Positions 8,203-10,821 of a stretch of 10,821 nt of DNA are shown here, piece by piece. How positions within the stretch are numbered: position 1 is the stretch's first letter; every line of letters starts with the position of its first letter. The stretch comes from an uncultured archaeon (GTDB lineage: Archaea > Asgardarchaeota > Lokiarchaeia > Sigyniarchaeales > SOKP01), in contig CAZBPC010000083.1 in assembly GCA_964493715.1 (NCBI GenBank), forward strand, positions 4,269 through 15,089. The letters are read 5' to 3'. The notes under the pieces were generated by a model. It did no database searches. It had not been told where the DNA came from and was given only the letters and a program-made list of their open reading frames with translations. The position numbers and the translations under genes are program-made.

Positions 8203-8931
8203 TTATTTTGAAATTTCGATTTCCTCTTCTATCACTTCATCAATCTCTTCAGTCTTAATGGATCTTTTTATTTGAATTTGTTCAGTTTCAATTCCTAAAT
8301 CTGAAGCAAGTTTCTCCAATCCATTAAAGTGCCTTAAATCGCAAAGGAACAACCCTTTTAGTTTTTTGCCATCAATTGTTTTAGCGGTATTTAATACATT
8401 CATCATCATCCAAGCTTCTCTTACCTTGTATCTTATTTCATCTTCTTGTGAATTATAATCAGTTTGCAAATACTCTTTCCACATGATTAAGCGTTGAAAA
8501 AGTTCATCTTTTTCAGGGATCCCTCCACTTTTTTCAATAATTTCTTTAATTTTTGTTTCAAGAGATTTAAGCATATTTCTGTGCTCATCTAAGGATGCTG
8601 ACAAATAGAATTCAGCATTTTCAGAGATATCAGCATGTTTGAAAGGAATATTTTTCTGTTCAAATAGATTTTTTAGAGGATCTTCACCTGAATTTAAAGG
8701 ACCAACCCAGAAATTTGGTTTTTCCTCTAAAGCCATATCCGGTTTATATTTTTCTATCAATGATTCAATTAATTCTAAATATTCCTTGCTAATTAGATGC
8801 AAATTCCAAATAAGATCCTCCTTCTTCTCTGCAGGCACCTCAAACCACCAATCAATTGGAAATTCTGACTCGATCATTATGAGTTTAAGATGTTTTTCTT
8901 TTAAAGGTTTTAATTCTAATACTTCTGGCAT
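8203..8931 (-). CDS. Hypothetical protein, paralog of 8953-9573, possible TraB/GumN/TIKI (EreA/ChaN-like) fold with helical insert
   Basis: 242-aa ORF with RBS GAGGGA. YKPDMALEE, VREAWM and LFLCDLRHFNGL echo TraB-like motifs. The fold call is tentative. Confidence 0.75.
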   Translation of the reverse strand: MPEVLELKPLKEKHLKLIMIESEFPIDWWFEVPAEKKEDLIWNLHLISKEYLELIESLIEKYKPDMALEEKPNFWVGPLNSGEDPLKNLFEQKNIPFKHADISENAEFYLSASLDEHRNMLKSLETKIKEIIEKSGGIPEKDELFQRLIMWKEYLQTDYNSQEDEIRYKVREAWMMMNVLNTAKTIDGKKLKGLFLCDLRHFNGLEKLASDLGIETEQIQIKRSIKTEEIDEVIEEEIEISK

Positions 8932-8952
8932 TTTTTTTATCCCTCTTTTTTT

Positions 8953-9573
8953 TTAAAAAATTACATTTTGAATTAGATGTTTTTTGTTATAAGAAATTAC
9001 TTTTGTATTTAATTCTCTTAAAAGTTGCACGACTTGTGGACAGATATCTTCACAAATATCTTCCTGTACAAAATGTACGAAAGAAATTGTGTTTGTATCA
9101 ACTTTTCTAGCCAAGTCTAGCATCTTTTTTACAATCCATTGTGGTCTTAACTTCAAACTCAAAAAATTCTCTCGATCCTGGATTTCTTCGCGAAGCATAT
9201 CTATCCAATTTTTTAGACTCTGCCCTTTATATGACTCCTTATCGTCCATTTTCTCAAATTCTTCAAATAACTCATTTAAAAACTCTTGTTTTGATGAGAT
9301 TTCTTCATATAAATATCCCATTGCATATTCAGGGATATCTAATTGATAATATGGTATTTCCAATTTATCTAATGTTTTAGCAAAAGGAGTCTTACTAAAT
9401 TCTTCCATATCCACCTGAAAGTCAACAGTAACAAAATTGATCTCTTTCTTTTTTAGAAATTCTTCGAGTTTGGATTTATCCTCACTTTGAAAATATTCTG
9501 CATCTTCTTTAGAGGACATATATGAGATTACTTTCTTATTTTTTTTTACCGGTTTTAATTCTAATACTTCCAC
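8953..9573 (-). CDS. Hypothetical protein, paralog of 8203-8931
   Basis: 206-aa ORF, GTG start with RBS GAGGTG. Shares EVLELKPxK, IP[FY]xxxDIxExAxxYL, LxxW and K[VL]RxxW motifs with its neighbour. Confidence 0.8.
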   Translation of the reverse strand: MEVLELKPVKKNKKVISYMSSKEDAEYFQSEDKSKLEEFLKKKEINFVTVDFQVDMEEFSKTPFAKTLDKLEIPYYQLDIPEYAMGYLYEEISSKQEFLNELFEEFEKMDDKESYKGQSLKNWIDMLREEIQDRENFLSLKLRPQWIVKKMLDLARKVDTNTISFVHFVQEDICEDICPQVVQLLRELNTKVISYNKKHLIQNVIF

Positions 9574-9654
9574 TTTAAGCTACACCTCTTAATTCTTTAC
9601 TTGAAATGATATTTTATTTCTAAGTAAAAAATCATTTAACTCTAATTTAAAAGA

Positions 9655-9839
9655 TTTGACAAGAAGAATTTTATTCTGTTTGATAATTTAGTTTGTCAAT
9701 TGTTTAAAGTTAATAAATCGCATAATCATGAGAAATCGTCAATCAAATGTTGAAAGTCAACATATAGATGATCGAATTCTTACATAGATTTATAAATTTA
9801 GATCACTTCTAATGTCATGATGAAAAATTTATTTGTCAA
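9655..9839. promoter_or_regulatory. Divergent promoter with palindromic TATA (TTTATAAA 9789-9796) and repeated TTGAC/GTCAA sites
   Basis: TTGAC 9656-9660, GTCAA at 9695, 9738, 9756 and 9835. Inverted repeat ATGTTGA-AAG-TCAACAT at 9747-9763. Related 20-mers at 9680-9699 and 9820-9839. Confidence 0.55.
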
Positions 9840-9881
9840 AAAATAATAATAAACAAAAAAAAAAAATTGGGTGAATGTAGT

Positions 9882-10821
9882 ATGGACGCTTATTCCATTT
9901 TATCTCATCCATTTAGGCGTAAAATTTTATATCTCTTAGAAAGAGAGGGTTATATTCAATATTCAGAAATAATGGAAAGACTTGGTTTAGAATTAACCGG
10001 GCAACTAAATTTTCATTTAAAAAAACTTGGTTCATTAATTGGAAAAGAAAGAAAATCGTATTATTTAACTGAGGATGGTAAAAGAATCCTTAATATGATG
10101 AATTTAAATAAACGCATCTTAGATGGAGAAGAAATTGAACATTTAATCTCAAAAGGTAGTAACTTAAACAGAATTGGTATTATCGTGTGTAATTGCAATG
10201 GGGAAATCTCAAATAATATAAACGTGAATAATCTTATAAATGAACTAAATAATTTGAAAAACGTTGTTTCAATAAGAGTTTTTGAAAACTTATGCCAAGA
10301 AATAAATTTAGAAAAAGTTACAAATTGGGTCAAAGAAAACTTCTTAAATAAAATTGTAATCGCTGCTTGTTCTCCAAAGAGTCATAAACATATAATTGAA
10401 CAGATGTTTGAAGATATTATTGATTATGCAAACATCGAATTTGCTAATATTAGGGAACAATGTTGTTGGGCGCATCAAAACCACAAAAGCCAGATAAGTC
10501 CTCTAATTATCTCTCGAAAAGCATTTTTAATAATAGAAGCAGCAGTAGAAAGAGTGATTCTTCAAGGACCCATTAAAATTAAAAAGGTAGAAGTCGAGAA
10601 TTCCTGTGCTATCTTTGGTGGAGGCATAGCAGGAATGAATTTAGCATTAAATTTAGCACGTGCAGGAATTAAAGTGTACTTAATTGAAAAATCACCCACA
10701 CTTGGGGGAAAAATAGCTCGTTGGCATCGTATATCCAATATGGGGGATTGTTCGATTTGTTTCGTATCTGAATTAATTGGAGAAATTGTCAAACGTGATG
10801 AGATCGAAATTCATACAAATA
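9882..10821 (+). CDS. Winged-helix (ArsR-like) DNA-binding domain fused to heterodisulfide reductase A (HdrA)-like protein, 3'-truncated by window
   Basis: My translation is open for 313 codons from ATG 9882 (RBS GGTGA). aa 1-70: LSHPFRRKILYLL...YSEIMERLGL..TGQLNFHLKKLGSLI....YYLTEDGK. From aa 97: RIGIIVCNCNGEI, LC, VIAACSPKSH, ANIREQCCWAH, GGGIAG, VYLIEKSPTLGG, DCSIC. Absent from ORF track because there is no stop in the window. Confidence 0.92.
   Translation, partial: MDAYSILSHPFRRKILYLLEREGYIQYSEIMERLGLELTGQLNFHLKKLGSLIGKERKSYYLTEDGKRILNMMNLNKRILDGEEIEHLISKGSNLNRIGIIVCNCNGEISNNINVNNLINELNNLKNVVSIRVFENLCQEINLEKVTNWVKENFLNKIVIAACSPKSHKHIIEQMFEDIIDYANIEFANIREQCCWAHQNHKSQISPLIISRKAFLIIEAAVERVILQGPIKIKKVEVENSCAIFGGGIAGMNLALNLARAGIKVYLIEKSPTLGGKIARWHRISNMGDCSICFVSELIGEIVKRDEIEIHTN

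Noticed and set aside
8639-9380. Plus-strand ORFs 8639..8956, 9089..9346, 9141..9380
   Set aside because: Antisense to the two paralogs, which have RBSs and mutual similarity. The first two also have the Ser/Phe-rich composition typical of shadow ORFs.
10746-10760. Selenocysteine in HdrA (some archaeal HdrA are selenoproteins)
   Set aside because: The DCSIC motif uses TGT codons and there is no in-frame TGA in the visible part. The TGA at 476-478 is followed by TAA two codons later, so it is not a Sec codon either.
10061-10792. Minus-strand ORFs 10061..10333 and 10562..10792
   Set aside because: Antisense shadows of the wHTH-HdrA gene on the + strand.

Overview
AT-rich archaeal genomic DNA. 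Gene content (Cdc48 with HbYX tail, HdrA, H4MPT enzyme, archaeal wHTH, oligo-T terminators) suggests an Asgard/Lokiarchaeia-like anaerobe, which is inference only. Left half (1-4727) is a metallocofactor cluster: 3' end of a tungsten aldehyde:ferredoxin oxidoreductase, two MoaD/SAMP-like beta-grasp proteins (one lacking the C-terminal GG), a radical SAM protein, a thioredoxin, an unannotated 50-aa MobB-C-like ORF, IscU/NifU, a NifB/NifX-family protein and a CDF transporter fused to a NifB/NifX domain. Two copies of the palindrome ATGAATAATTATTCAT mark its divergent promoters. Right half is a minus-strand run: two paralogous hypothetical proteins, an NAD(P)-dependent methylene-H4MPT dehydrogenase (MtdA/B type) and Cdc48. 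The first three share an N-terminal [VI]LEL[KT]P[VLI]K peptide. Divergent from this run is an ORF missed by the ORF track (9882 to window end) that fuses a winged-helix DNA-binding domain to a diverged HdrA, a candidate flavin/Fe-S redox-sensing transcription factor, with repeated TTGAC/GTCAA sites in the shared promoter region.
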